From: Callorhinchus milii
Lineage: Eukaryota
DNA length: 64,000 bases
Assembly (NCBI RefSeq): GCF_018977255.1
Contig: NW_024704742.1
Coordinates: 7,876,001-7,940,000, forward strand
Direction: 5' to 3'
The translations under genes and the position numbers were made by a program. The notes beneath the pieces were generated by a model. That model had not been told where the DNA came from. It saw nothing but the letters and a program-made list of their open reading frames with translations, and made no database searches. This document shows, one piece after another, positions 1-12,559 of the stretch (positions are counted from its first letter, which is position 1; each line of letters starts with the position of its first letter).

Positions 1-199
1 GTGTGGAGTAAGAAAACTTGCCCAATGTTTCGCCCTGCCAGGAATCGAACCCAGGTCTCTAACCACTGAGCTACTGGATCCCATTGTCATCCAACTCTTT
101 GCTGACCTTAGCCAAAACATAGAGGAGTGTATGTTGGTGATCACAGCAACAAATCAACTCCACTTGTTTAGTGCTATTCCTAGCATTTCTGCTGAGGTC

Positions 200-660
200 T
201 CAGCGTGACTCAGTTGGTAGGACTTGTTCCTCTGAATCAGATGCTTAGGAGGTGGAAGCTCCACATTGGGATTTTGAACTAACAGTCTAGGCTGGTACTC
301 CAATACCAGAGCACTGCCTTGTTGCCTTGGGACCTCCTCCCAATGTGAAAGGCGGTATATAAATGTAAATCTGTAGTTATTTTTGTCATTTAGCTGAGAC
401 GTTAAACTTAGGTCCCAATCTGCCTGTTAAAGTGGGTGTTTTAGATCCTATTACACTGTTCAAAAATAGAAGGAAATTTCTCCTGGTGTCCTAGCCAACC
501 CTCCACTAAACAAATGGTCATTCACATTATTGTGCGTGACACATTGGTGTGCAGAAACTGGCAATTACGATCACCCAAAAATATACCATCATTACATTTT
601 ATAGAAAACTCTGAAGTGCTATGAGGTGTATTAAATGCAAGGATTATTATTATTTCTATC
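200..660 (+). mobile_element. Deu-domain-type tRNA-headed SINE (family A), degenerate, with a short L2-type tail fragment inside
   Basis: Head tcagcgtgactcagttggtag...ctctgaatcag, Deu-like core gagacgttaaac...tagatcctat...tctcctggtgtcctagccaac, tail aaatgcaaggattattatt. Confidence 0.7.
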
Positions 661-2075
661 CTTAAAAGATTATGTTTAAAATTGTGGAGCGAGAGGAAAA
701 ATAACATTTTACTTTTTTTAAAAAAGGAAACTTTTGCAGTGTTCTGAACATTGAAAAATGATTAAGTTCACATCAGACCTGAAATTGGTGCGAATAATGA
801 AGATGAGGAGTTGTAACAGGTGGATATTGAAGACATTTTTCTTACAGAGAGAAATGGTGTGCTGGTCATTGCTGGACATATCTAAGTGAAGCTGGAAAAC
901 AGCCCTAATCAGCAAACACTGTACAGCTCACCAATGCAAACACAGGAAAGCTTCCAATTGCTTCACCAGTTAAGACCAAACCTCTTCACCGAATTTTCTA
1001 ATGTGTAGATCTAGAACACAAATTTACATTATATACATTACTGCTTTTCACATCGGGAGCAAGTCCCAAGGCATTAAGGTGGCATATTCTGTGAAGCCCT
1101 TTGAGACATCTTGAAGACGTGATAAGGCGCTATATCAAATGCAAGGATTATTATTATTATAGCTCATTGAACCTCCGAGCAGATGAAGATTGAAGGTTCT
1201 GAACATTGGCAATGAAAACACAGGCCAAAGGACATTCTGAATGCAGTCGCTGTCTGGTGTTGTTTTACCGGACATTATCATATAAATAGTTGCAATTTCT
1301 GCTGCAGAGAAGAGCCTTTTTAGTTTTGTACAAGAACCAATTTACCAATGGCAAATAGTTGGTAAATGTACTCCTACCCACCAGTGAGACAATTGCACCT
1401 CATGACCCTTACGAGTTAGGAGAACTAATGTTGCTCAAGTTCCTTAATTGAGGAGAAGGAGAAATCTGTCACCGTCTTTAGTTATCTGGATTTCAGCTAG
1501 TCCTGGAGTTTCCATCTGCTGTTAACGGTGACAGCGCAATAAAGTCAGTGCTCTGATTCAAATCTTATCGATGGACAGCCTTCAGTTAGAACACACAGAC
1601 CTCATCTGCTTAAAGGAACAGCGTAGGCCTGTGTTAATTTTTTACTATTTGCACATTAAGATTTTACAGTTATTTTACGCATTAGTAAGTCTGCAATGTA
1701 ATGTTGTTAGTTTTTGTTTACCTGAGAGTTATAAAAATGATTGACAGTGTATTATGCAGTCCTAAATTGAAGCTCAGGGTACAACTGGGAATGTTATGTT
1801 CATTACCAAAGTACCAGTATATCAGCATTAATGCTTGAGAAGGGCAGTCAGCCTATGTTTGTTACAGCCTTAAATATTTGTCATTTACAAATACAACTCA
1901 GTAGCTGTCACACTCTGCGTGGTGAGCAAAAACCGATGAAGTACATTCAAAGGCTGGTTGAAGGTAACACAGTGATCTTTAATGCGGGATCTCCTTGGAG
2001 CTGAACTGGCTCCAAGTATTCCAGGGCACTGCTGATGACAGCACAGCCAGGGCTCATCAGCAGTCCCTGGAAGGG

Positions 2076-2345
2076 CAGAACAGTCACTAGGCAGGTAGTC
2101 ATCCCATTCAGCTCCTGTTAAACCCTGCAAGCCAAAGCACTAACGGGAAGGGTGGTCCTAGCTGGACAAGCAGCTGGAAAGCTTGCCAGACAGCGCTCTC
2201 AATGGCAAGCTATGTGATTTTAGGTGGTTAGACTCCAACAGTTACCCCAATGCACACTCTGGGGTCCCCAAGCCTTGACTCTTGCCAACCTGCGCCTAAT
2301 GCTTTCCAGAATTAGGTAAACAGGATGTGTCCCTCTGGGGAGAGA
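2076..2345 (+). repeat. Unclassified interspersed repeat, copy 1 (reverse-complement copy at about 8570-9180)
   Basis: By-eye alignment: agctggacaagcag..gaaagcttgcca..tggcaagct..ggttagactcc..ccccaatgcaca.tctgggg..agccttg..ttgccaacctgc is shared with the minus strand of 8570-8800, and homology resumes at 9117-9180. Confidence 0.75.
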
Positions 2346-2729
2346 GTGCGCATTCCATTCCAACAATCTATCTCTGGGATTTCCATGTGTCGGTGGGTTG
2401 CATGGAAATCTTAGCTTAGTTTGGATACTCTTAAGCATGGGGAAGGGTTTCTGTATGTGTCAGACCAAAAAAAATCGTTAATGCTGACTATCTGGGGTTT
2501 GACTACAATTACACTCCACAGCTGTACTGCTCCATCGGCTTTAATTTTTTTTTAGATTTGATCAATAAACACTTATTTCAGCCTCAAACTCGTCAACCTC
2601 TAAAAATATTGAGACATCAGGGCATTCCAGCTTTCCATCTCCAAATCACTTCCAATAATCTTTGCGCCATCACAATATCTTATCCTGTTTATGGGGCACT
2701 TTGTACAACCATTGGGTTTTTGCATGGAA

Positions 2730-3090
2730 ATTGACTCAGTTGGTAAAGGCATCGCCAAATGTAGAACTTAGGCACACAGCCCTGGATTGTCCAAGGTGTG
2801 ATCTCTGGTCTTAGGCTGAAATAGCTGTTCCTAGCTAGGGTAGGAATAGAGGTACTATAATTGACCCCAATGCCCTGATATAAGGAGGAAGAGAGAAACA
2901 ATCAACCCGGTCTCCAGCTCTGATTGCTCACCACTTAACCCCTGCTAGAAAGTGTGTGTGTGTTTCGATTTGGATGCGTCTGGCTAAGGTTGAATATTCT
3001 TCTCACACTCACTCCTGAAGGTTCACATGAAGAACGAACAGTTGCTCCAGTAACCAGAGAGTAAGAGGCAATAGTGGATTTAACCCACGG
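2730..3090 (+). mobile_element. Old SINE-like element (third family; related copies at about 26470-26830 and 58690-58980)
   Basis: A-box-like gactcagttggtaaag head; internal motifs (gctgatctcagc-, cccctgctagaaag- and cactcact-like) recur in the other copies; highly diverged. Confidence 0.45.
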
Positions 3091-3380
3091 AGGAAGCATA
3101 TATCCCATCTAGTTAGTTTCACATACTCTGTGTTTCCTCAGTTTTAGAATCACTATGATATTTTAATAGGCTATTGCTGGGATAAGGACTGGCTCTCTTT
3201 GATGTCCTGAAGGCTGCAAGCTTCTATTATTTTCCTATTAATTATCTGCATACAGCTAACTTTTTCTAAACAATATGACAATTCTTTGAATATCCTTTGT
3301 GGCATGTTTGCTGGGCCCATTGGAGTTTACAGCACGTTTAGGAAATAGCAAAGGGTGGTTATATATTTTAAACAAATCTT

Positions 3381-3711
3381 CACATGTCTTTGTGATGTCT
3401 CAAAGGGCTTCACAGAATATACTGTATTCTTATATATTTTGTGGGTGAAATGAGGCAACCAATTGTGCACAGCAATGTCCCACAAACAGTTGTGGATTGA
3501 ATGACCAATGTATTAATTTTTTTGGGGGGGAGGGATTATTACCCCAGAACAGCAATCCACCAATTGACTAACACCCAGGTTCCTACTTACTGCTAGGTAA
3601 ACAAAGGCGTGTGGAGTTAGGAAATTTGCCCAATATTTGGCCATGCCGGGAATCGAACCCAGGTCCTCTTGTTTGAGAGCCGAGTGCTCAAATCAATGAG
3701 CAACAGAATTC
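3381..3711 (-). mobile_element. SINE family B, long form
   Basis: Reverse complement shows tRNA-like head (gggttcgattcccggc), gggcaaatttcc/gcctttgtttacctagcagtaag core and actgtttgtgggacattgctgtgc body. Confidence 0.8.
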
Positions 3712-3775
3712 GATTGATCTGGACTCAGATTTGCAGGACTCAAAAAAACACAGTCAGTAGATAATGTAGGTCTCA

Positions 3776-4178
3776 TCAGCCTGACTCAGTAGGTACCACT
3801 CTCAACTCTTGAGTCAGTAGGTTGTAAATTCAAGGCCCGTGCGGGGACTTGGAACTCATATTCTCTAAGCTGACACTCCCAGTGCTGAGCTACATTATTG
3901 AAGGTGCTGTCCTCCAGATGAGATGTTAAACCAAGGCCCTGTATTCCTGTTCCGGTGGTAAAGATCCCATGGTACTACTCAGAAAAAAAGAATTTCTCCC
4001 ATTGTCCTTACCAACAATCCCCCAAGTAAAATCGATCATTCATTTCACAGCGTTTGTGGAACATTGCTGTGGGCATTCGCCCACCAAACACTCAGTAACC
4101 TAACAGTATATCTTGTTATTTGCTTTGAGGCATCTTCCTGACGTGAAAGGCGTTATATCAAATGTAAGGATTATTATT
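3776..4178 (+). mobile_element. Deu-domain-type SINE (family A), near full length
   Basis: tcagcctgactcagtaggta head, gatgagatgttaaacc...aaagatcccatgg core, tail gacgtgaaaggcgttatatcaaatgtaaggattattatt. Confidence 0.85.
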
Positions 4179-5094
4179 AAAGCTGTAAGAGCTTACATGT
4201 TCTCCCAAGTCCTACAACAGATTCTGTCTCCATAAAATGTCTCAGACAGCCTGGCGTGTGTTGATGTACGTGTCTAGTTATTGATGCGTTAGTGAAGTAA
4301 GCAGAACATTTTATTACTGTCCATATATAATGTGACCATAAAATGCTAACCTCATAGCCAGACTTAACTCCCGTCTTAAAGCAAAGAAAAAACGAAATAT
4401 TTATCGACCAATACAAAAATGCTGAAGAAGCCACAAATATCCCTTCTTTAAGAACCCAGCACCCAGTCTATAAGCACATATATTGTTCCATATTCTCTGA
4501 TGGTGCCCTGAAGGCACTGAAACATGTTGGGGGTGGGGGGGGTCAACAGTGGAAGCCCTCCTCTGTTACCTCTCTCAGCTGCCCATATTTCCCATGTGAG
4601 CTCATTCATTGTGTAAACAGGAGAATTTTCCAGCTCGAAATAGTGTGTAGAGACTGTTGACTGACTTTACTCCTCCTTCAACCAGGGCAACTGAAGCTGA
4701 TTGTAATTCCTCTGACCCTTCATAGCACACACTCGGGAACATGGAGCCTACTGGGTTTTCATGGCTCAGTTTCACACAAGGCAGAGACCGCAAAATATAC
4801 AGTCAGTTCATTTTACGATATATTCTGTGAGGCACTTTGAGACGTTTCGAAAACGTGGTAAGGCACTTTATCAAATGCAAAGATTATTATTATTATTTAC
4901 CTTTATCTTATTCTCGCAAATGGTGCTGCACTCAGTGATCAGAGACTTGGTTCAAATGCAATGTGAGAGTGCCTCTATTACCTTCCTCAGTATCGCCTGA
5001 CTGACCTTTATGATCCAGATGAGACCGGCTGAGCTATCGCTGGACACCAACAGACAGCACTGAAATATTTTCAGCAGCTTCACTGACACCCAGG

Positions 5095-5650
5095 TGGGCC
5101 AGAGTTAGTAGCTCTCTCGCCTCTGAATCAGACTGTTGTGTGTTCAAGCTCCACATTGAGATTTTGAGCTCAAAGTCTAGGCTGACACTCCAATGCAATG
5201 CTGAATTGTTGGAGTTGTTGTCCTTCAATTAACGACAACAATAACAACAACTTGCATTTATATGGCGCCCTTCACGTGGGGTAGCGTCCCGGAGCGCTTC
5301 ACAGCGGTGGATTCTGACCCCAAGCCAGGGGGAGAGGGAAAGGGGAGGTGACCGTGAGCACCGTCAAAATGAATCAAAATGATCAAAATTAAGACGTTAA
5401 ACCGGGGGCCATCTGCCTGTTTGCGGAGACATTAAAGATCCCAGGGCACTAAATGAAAAAAGGCAGTTTATCCCTGATGTCCTGGTCCAACAATCCCCTA
5501 AATAAAACTGATCATTCGCTTCAGCTGTTTGTGGGACATTTCTGCCCGCAAATAGATTGATACGTTCACCAAAGTTCACAGTCGCTAAGCTGTGAAATGC
5601 TTTGGGGCATCCTCCCGACATCAAGGACGTTATATCAAATGCAAGGGTCA
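5095..5650 (+). mobile_element. Family A SINE interrupted by an antisense L2 3' fragment (about 5237-5386)
   Basis: SINE core split at aattaacgac (5227-5236) / aattaagac (5387-5395); insert begins with a (caa)n tail and ttgcatttatatggcgccc. Confidence 0.75.
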
Positions 5651-5933
5651 ATTTATTTTTTATTTTATTATGTATCTATTGCCCTGGAAGACAATTAATT
5701 TAGAGTAAATTTGTTCCCACAGCTTTTTTTCTGGGTCGAGGGTTGGGAGGGGGGAGGGAGCTATTGTGCTTTGGCCTCAAAGACCTGTGTTTTGTGTCTC
5801 AGGACTTCTGTGAGGAGAGATATCTCATTAGCCCTGAAGTGCTTTTTGCTCTCTCTCTTTCTCTTGACCTGATTTTCTCACCTACGTGCCACACAGCACA
5901 GGCAGCAAAACCTCATCATCATTATTTTTGGTT

Positions 5934-6630
5934 TCAGCCTGGTTCAGTTGATAGCACTGTCACCTCTAAGTCAGAAGGTGGTGGGTTCAACCCCACGTCA
6001 GGGCTTGGAACTCACACGGTGTGTTTGTGTGGAGTCTTGTAGCTCAGTGGTTATAGGACTCACCTCGCAAGCGAGAGACCTGGGTTCGATTCCTGGCAGG
6101 TTGAAACCTTGGGCAAGCTTCCTTACTCCACACGCCTGATAATAATCCCTCAAGAAGAAAAACAATAATAAATTGGTCACTTCAATCCACGACTGTTTGT
6201 GGGACATTGCTGTGCGCAATTGGCTGCTGCGTTTCGCGCACAAATATACAGTCAATTCACTTTACAGTATATTGTGTGGAGCGCTTTGAGACGTCGAGAA
6301 GACATGAAAAGCTCCATACCAAATGCAAGGATGATTACTATTATTGTGGACTAGGCTGACACTGCAGTGCAGTGGTGGGGGAGCACTGCATTGGCACAGG
6401 TGTCCTCCTGTTCGGTTGAGATATTAAACCGAGGTCCCATCTGCCTGTTCTTTTTTACTCAAAGATCCAATGACACTATTCGAAAAGAGAAGGGAGTTTC
6501 TCCTGCTGTCTTGGCCAACAATCCCCCACATAAACTTAATCATTCACTTCAAGGCTGTTTGTGGAAAATTGCAGTGCAGAATTTAGCTGCTGTATCATCT
6601 CCAGAATACACAGTCAATGCACTTTACAGA
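5934..6630 (+). mobile_element. Family A SINE with a nested family B SINE (about 6030-6345)
   Basis: Family A head 5934-6020, then tggagtcttgtagctcagtgg...tattatt, then family A resumes at ctaggctgacactgcagtgc. Confidence 0.8.
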
Positions 6631-7264
6631 AAAACAGTAGAGTGAATTGACTATATTTTGCGGGCGAAACACGGCAGCCAATTGTGCACAGCAGTGTCCC
6701 AAAAACAGTTGGAAATTGAGTGACCAAATTATTATTATATTTTTATTTATTTTTTGAAGGGATTAATACCCCCGGAAAAGCGATCCGCAATCGACTAATA
6801 ATGTCCACAAATAATGGATTGGAGGGAAAAAGCTTGGGGAAAGAGATATAGAGAGCCACCTCAGTGAATTTTATGTGACACGGTTTGGGTAAATATACTG
6901 GTTTATTTTTCCTGACATTACAGCTTAATTGAAGGCTTTGTTCTTTGGGCTCGTTTTAAATGTATATTATTAAACTGTTAATGTGAATCAAGTTCCATTA
7001 CGACGCTTGTCACAAAACACACACTGAAGCACTCATGGTTTAATTTGTTAATGTGGATCTACAAATACTTGTGATCTGTACTGAAGGAACTAAACGTGAC
7101 CTCCTTTCCAGAAAGCAATCAAAAGGCAAAAAAAATCAAAGCTGGAAGGCTGGTGTTAAGCTAAATTAAAGAAGAGGTGGGGAATATTTTAAGTCCTTCC
7201 GATAGAATGTGTTAAACAAACGTGTTAATCAATCTGACAATTTATATAAATTAAAAATATTTTT

Positions 7265-7560
7265 CTGACATTGAACCTCTTTTCTGTAATGTGTGTGGTG
7301 TGTGTAGTTAATATGTGTGTGTTTAATGTGTGCATCAATGTGTGTATGTTTTTGTCTATGTGTGTGCGTTTATGTGTGCATGTGTGCCTGTGTGTTTGTT
7401 GTGTGTTCGCGTAATGCATGTGTGTCTGCATGTGTGTGTCTTTAATATGTGTCTGCGTACGTGTATTTAATGTACGTGTGTTCAAATCATGTGCCTGTGT
7501 GTGTGTAGTGTGTGTGGGTGTATTTAGTGGGTGTGTTTAATGTGAGTTTGTGAGTGGGGG
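7265..7560. repeat. Degenerate (TG)n low-complexity tract
   Basis: Interrupted tgtgtg runs with recurring tttaatgtgtg units. Confidence 0.85.
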
Positions 7561-8107
7561 TGGAGGCGGATTGTAATACAACCTTCATATAACTTATTGC
7601 TTTCCACTTTGCAGCCCTCACAATTTCACAGTGTTAGGTCTGATGAAACAATCCCCTTTTCACTGTACAATCTTCTAATCGTGTTCTTCCCCCACCACCC
7701 CCATGCTTTTCTATATTCCCTTCCATTACATTAACCTCTTCAGGTCATGGATGACAAGCAGGCATCCTGTGGGGTCATTTACCAGCACTGATCAGGCAGC
7801 TTTCTTTCTCTCAGTTTCTTGTTAAAATAGACAGCGAGATCAGCACACAGCGGGGATTTGTTAAGTCAACCATTGACTTGAAAATATCTCAATGTTCTCC
7901 CAAGTAATTGTGTCATATTTTAGAAAAAGACCACGTGCTGCTGAGATTCCTCGGCAAAGAAACACAATTTCCCTTTCTGAAGTCGGCCAAATTGCCAGAT
8001 TTGTTCATGAGATTCTATTTTTTGGGGGTGGGGGGGCTTTGAGGGGGGATCTGACACATATACAAACCCGTCAACATGCTCAAGAGAATCGAAAGCAAAC
8101 TGGGAGT

Positions 8108-8425
8108 TATAATAATAATAATAATCCTTGCATTTGATATAGCGCTTTTCACGTCTTCTAGATGTCTCAAAGCGCTTCACAGAATATACTGTAAAGTGAA
8201 GTGACTGTATATTTGTGGGCGAAATACGGCAGCCAATTGTGCACAGCAGTGACCCACACACAGTCGTGGATTGAGTGACCAATTTATTATTGTTTTTTCT
8301 TCTTGAGGGATTATTATCGGGTGTGGAGTAAGGAAACTTATCCAAGGTTTCACCCTGACCTGCTGGGAATCGAACCCAGGTCCCGCTTGCCAGGCGAGTG
8401 CTCTAACCACTGAGCTATAGAACTC
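8108..8425 (-). mobile_element. SINE family B (internally shortened form)
   Basis: (taa)n tail, ccttgcatttgatatagcgc, tRNA-like head ...ctctaaccactgagctatagaactc. Confidence 0.9.
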
Positions 8426-8569
8426 TACTGTACAGTTGGATTTAAATCTCCACACATATCAAAGACTGGTCATGCAATTTAGGAAAATCATTCTTATATA
8501 TGTATTATGAGTTCTATGTGTATCACCTACATTCGGACATTTTCTTGTGTCTGAAATGAAAAGGGGGTT

Positions 8570-9180
8570 GTCTCCCTGGAGAGCCATACCCTGCTTACCC
8601 AATTCCAGAGAGTATTAAATGCCTAATTCCAGAGAGTACTTAGTGCAGGTTGGCAAAAGCCAAGGCTTAGGAACCCCAGACTGTGCATTGGGGGTACTGC
8701 TGGAGTCTAACCAGCTCAACCCTCGTAGCTTGCCACTGAGAACTCTCCCTGGCAAGCTTTCCCACTGCTTGTCCAGCTGGAACCATACTACTTATTAGGG
8801 CTTTAATAATAATAATAATAATCCTTGCATTTGATACAGCGCTTTTCACGTCGGGAGGACTTCCCAAAGCGCTTCACAGAACACACTGTAAAGTGAATTG
8901 ACTGTATATTTGTGGGCGAACGCGGCAGCCAATTGCGCACAGCAATGTCCTACAAACAGTCGTAGATTGAAAATGACCAATTTGTTATTGTTTTTGGTTT
9001 TGGAGGGATTATTATTAGGCGTAAGGAAACTTGCCCAAGGTTTCGCCCTCTGCCTGGAATTGAACTCAGGTCTCTCGCTTGCAAAGCGAGTGCTCTAACC
9101 ACTGAGCTACAGGACTTTGGTTTGCAAAGTTAGTAAGAGCTGAGTGGGAAGAATTCCTACTCCCAATGACTGGTTCTTTC
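8570..9180 (-). repeat. Unclassified interspersed repeat, copy 2, split by a young family B SINE
   Basis: Matches 2076-2345 on both sides of the SINE; short cttt duplication at the SINE junctions; internal tandem aattccagagagta x2. Confidence 0.7.
8805..9116 (-). mobile_element. SINE family B, young short form
   Basis: Nearly identical to the copies at 24068, 32485, 49802 and 60175; complete head and (taa)n tail. Confidence 0.92.
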
Positions 9181-9890
9181 TCACACTCGCTCATTCGTTT
9201 TCATCTCTCTTCCCTCACACTCCTTCCTCTCTCACTGAATCACTCCTGCTCTAGAAAATCTCCACCTGCTCCCTGTATCATCTTTATGTGTAATACTCGC
9301 TTACACTTCCCCTGTTCCCTCCCCTTTCCTCTGACGCCCACCTGTTCCCTTCGTACCCCTTTTGTGTTTTCTGGTCTACTGTGCACAGATCACAAGCGCT
9401 TGTTTTAAGACTGGTAACTCATTGATAACGTGCGCATTAATAACACTATGGGATCCTTAATGTCCACCTGAACAGGCAGATGGGACATCGGTTTAACATC
9501 CCATTCGAAAGACATCACCTCCGACAATGCAACACCCCCCCAGCACTGTATTGGAGTGTCAGCTTGGAGTGTAACATAAATAATAAAAATAATCTTTACT
9601 TTGGTATAGCGCTTTATCACATCGGAGGGACATCTAAAAAAGTACTTCATAGAATTTTACTGTGAATGGAGTGACTGTGTATTTGCAGCAATGTCTCACG
9701 AACAGCCATGAAATGAATGACTTTTTTTTTAATTTGGGGGGGATTGTTACCCAGGACTCTGGGAGACACTATTTCTTTTCAAGTAGTGTAAAAAATGTAT
9801 GTCAGCCTGGCTTTGTGATAGCACTCTGAATCAGAAGGTTGTGGGTTCAAGCACCACGTCAGGATTTGGAATCATATAGTCTAAGCTGAC

Positions 9891-12209
9891 CATAGGAGCA
9901 GAGAGCCCAACAGCATGAGGAGGGCACTGAGTGAGTTAGAACAGAATAAGAATTCTGTTAAGGAATTTGGTTAGAATGGGAATTCAGTGCAGAGGGGGAA
10001 AGAGTTGCATAATTGTAAAATATATAATATTTACATTAAAACAATATAAACTGTGTCTGGGAATATGGCAGGGCAGCTGGGACTGGTTGGATGCACAATG
10101 TGTATGTGCCATGTGGGAAGTCCAGAATGCTCTGTGTGCCCTGGACAAACACGTGTGTAGGAAGTGTCTTCGGCTGCTCAAGCTGGAGCTCAGGGTTTCT
10201 GAGCTTGAGGAGAGGCTGGTGTCACCAGCATACGGGAGGCTGAAGAGTTCATGGATCAAATGTTTCAGGAGGTGATCACCCCACAGCCACAGCGGGTTCA
10301 GAAGAGGGAGTGGGTGACCATCCGGCATGGTAGGATGAGGGGATGGGCAGTGCAGAAATCCCCTGAGAGTGTGGCATCCACAAACTGGTTCTCTGTACTG
10401 AATACCGGTCAGGGTGATGACATGTCTGGGGAGAGGAGTCAAAAGCAAATGGATGCACAGGGTAACACAGGGAAGAGTGTCAATGCAATTGTCATTGGGT
10501 ACAGTGAAAGAAGTAGACAGGTGTTTCTGCAACCAAAGATGTGACTCTCGCATGATATGTTGCCTCACGGAAGGTTGCAAAACATTCTACAGGGGGAAGG
10601 GGAACATCCAGAAGTTGTGGTCCATGTTGGGATCCATGATGTAGGGAAAAAAAGGGCTCAGATCCTACAGGAAGAGTATCAGAAACTAGGGAAAAGGCTA
10701 AAGAGTAGGACCTCAAAGGTGGTGATCTCTGGATTACTCCCAGTATCTCGTGCAAGTGAATATCAAAACACCAAGATCAAACACATCAATGCATGGCTGG
10801 AGAAATGGGGCAGAAAGGAAGACTTCAGGGACCAGTTCTGGGGCAGATGGGACCTATACAAGGTGGATGGGTTACACCTGAACAGGGGTGGGACCAATCT
10901 CCTCACAGGGAGGTGTGAGAAGTGCTGTGGAGAAGGATTTAAACTAATTTTGGGGGGGAAGGGAATCAGAATGTAGCATCGGAGAGGACAAACAAGTTAC
11001 ATAGAGGGCTGGGAGAGACGAATAGCAATGTAATAAGGAGTAATCCAGAAAAAGGAGGGATTAGATGAGGGAGAAATGTAGAACAGACTTGGAGTGCATG
11101 TGCGTAAATGCACGGAGTGCGACAAATAAGATTGGTGAGCTGCGGCTCAAGTTGCCACAAGAGGTTATGACTCAGTGGCAATAACGGAGACCTAGTTCAA
11201 ACAAGGGCAGGAATGGGAGCTGAATATTCCTGGCTACTGCTGTTTTTGATCTTTATAAATGACCTGGACTTGGGTATAGGGAGTACAATTTCCAAGTTTA
11301 CAGATGATACTAAATTAGGAAAAGTAGTAAACAGTGAGGAGGATAGTAGCAGACTGCAAGAGGACATAGACTGACTGGTAACATGGGCAGACGCGTGGCA
11401 GATGAAGTTTAATGTGGAGAAATGTAAAGTGATGCATTTGGGGAGGAAGAATGAGGAGAGGCAATATAAGCTGATGGTACAATCTTAAAGGGGGTGAAGG
11501 AACAGAGAGACCTGGGGGTTCATATAAGTAAATCTTTGAAGGTGGCAGTACAGCTAGATAAAGCTGTAATAAAGCATACCGGGATACTGGGCTTTATAAA
11601 TAGGGGCATAGAATACACAAGTCAGAAAGTTATGGTGAACCTTTATAAAACACTGGTTAGGGCTCAGCTCAAGACTGTGTTCAGTTCTGGGCCCCACACT
11701 TTAGAAAGGATGTCAAGGCATTGGAGAGGGTGCAAAAGAGATTTACCAGGATGGTACCAGGAATGAGGGACTTTAGTTATCAGGAGAGGATAGAGAAGCC
11801 GGGATTATTCTCTTTGGAGCAGAGAAGGTTAAGAGGAGACTTAATAGTTTTCAAAATTATGAGGGGATTTGATAGAGTGAGCAAGGAGAAATTATTTCCA
11901 CTGGCGGGTGGGTGGGTAACCTGAGACACCGATTTAAAATAGTTGTTGAAAAGAATGGATGGGAGGTGGAGAAATTTTTTTACACAGCAAGTTGTTTGGA
12001 TCTGGAATGCATTGCCTCAAAGGGTGGTGGAAGCCATTCGATAACAACTTTTAAGAGAGAAGTAGATAATTATTTGGGGAGGACAAGTTTGCAGGGCTAT
12101 GGGGAGAGAGCGGGGGAGTGGGATTGATTTGGAAGCTCTTTTCAAAGAGCCGCCACAGATACGATGGGCTGAATGGCCTCCTTCTGTGCTGTATAATTCT
12201 ATGATTCTA
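9891..12209 (+). mobile_element. CR1-clade LINE, internally deleted, nested in a family A SINE
   Basis: ORF1 remnants (CxxCxMWE...CRKC zinc-finger/coil; SGNH-esterase-like VVVHVG, SKVVISGLLPV, DGLHLN); ORF2 start CVNARS..NKIGEL, VAITET, WELNIPGY fused at about 11237 to LFLIFINDLD/SKFTDDTKL; (attctatg)n tail; tgac duplicated at 9887-9890 and 12210-12213. Confidence 0.9.
10065..10945 (+). pseudogene. Disrupted CR1 ORF1 (zinc finger plus SGNH esterase-like domain)
   Basis: Motifs are spread over three ORF-track frames (9967..10275, 10251..10544, 10557..10976), indicating frameshifts. Confidence 0.8.
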
Positions 12210-12550
12210 TGACACTCCAATACAGTGCTGGGGGTGTGTTGTATTGTCGGAGCCGCTGTCTTTCACATGAGATGTTAAACCGCGGTCCCATCTGCCTGTT
12301 CAGGTGGACATTAAAGATCCCATGGCACTATTTGAAAAAAGAAGTGAGTTTCTCCTGCTGTCCTGGCTAACAATCCCCCAAATAAAATTGATCTCTCACT
12401 CCATGGGTGTTTATGCAACCTTCCTGTGCGCAAACTTGCTGTCACATTTCACTCACAAAATACACAGTCAATCTACTTTACAATATATCCTATGAAGCGC
12501 TTTGAGACATCTCAAACAATGTGAGAAGACACTATAACACATGTAAGGAT
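12210..12550 (+). mobile_element. 3' part of the family A SINE whose head is at 9801-9890
   Basis: Resumes at tgacactccaatacagtgc, then Deu core gttaaaccgcggtcccatctgcc..taaagatcccatggcac and tail. Confidence 0.85.
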
Positions 12551-12559
12551 CCTGCGTAT

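Noticed and set aside
2032..2060. CTGATGA on both strands as a hammerhead or C/D-box motif
   Set aside because: No correctly placed GAAA/stem II or box D partner; the two motifs simply pair with each other in the hairpin
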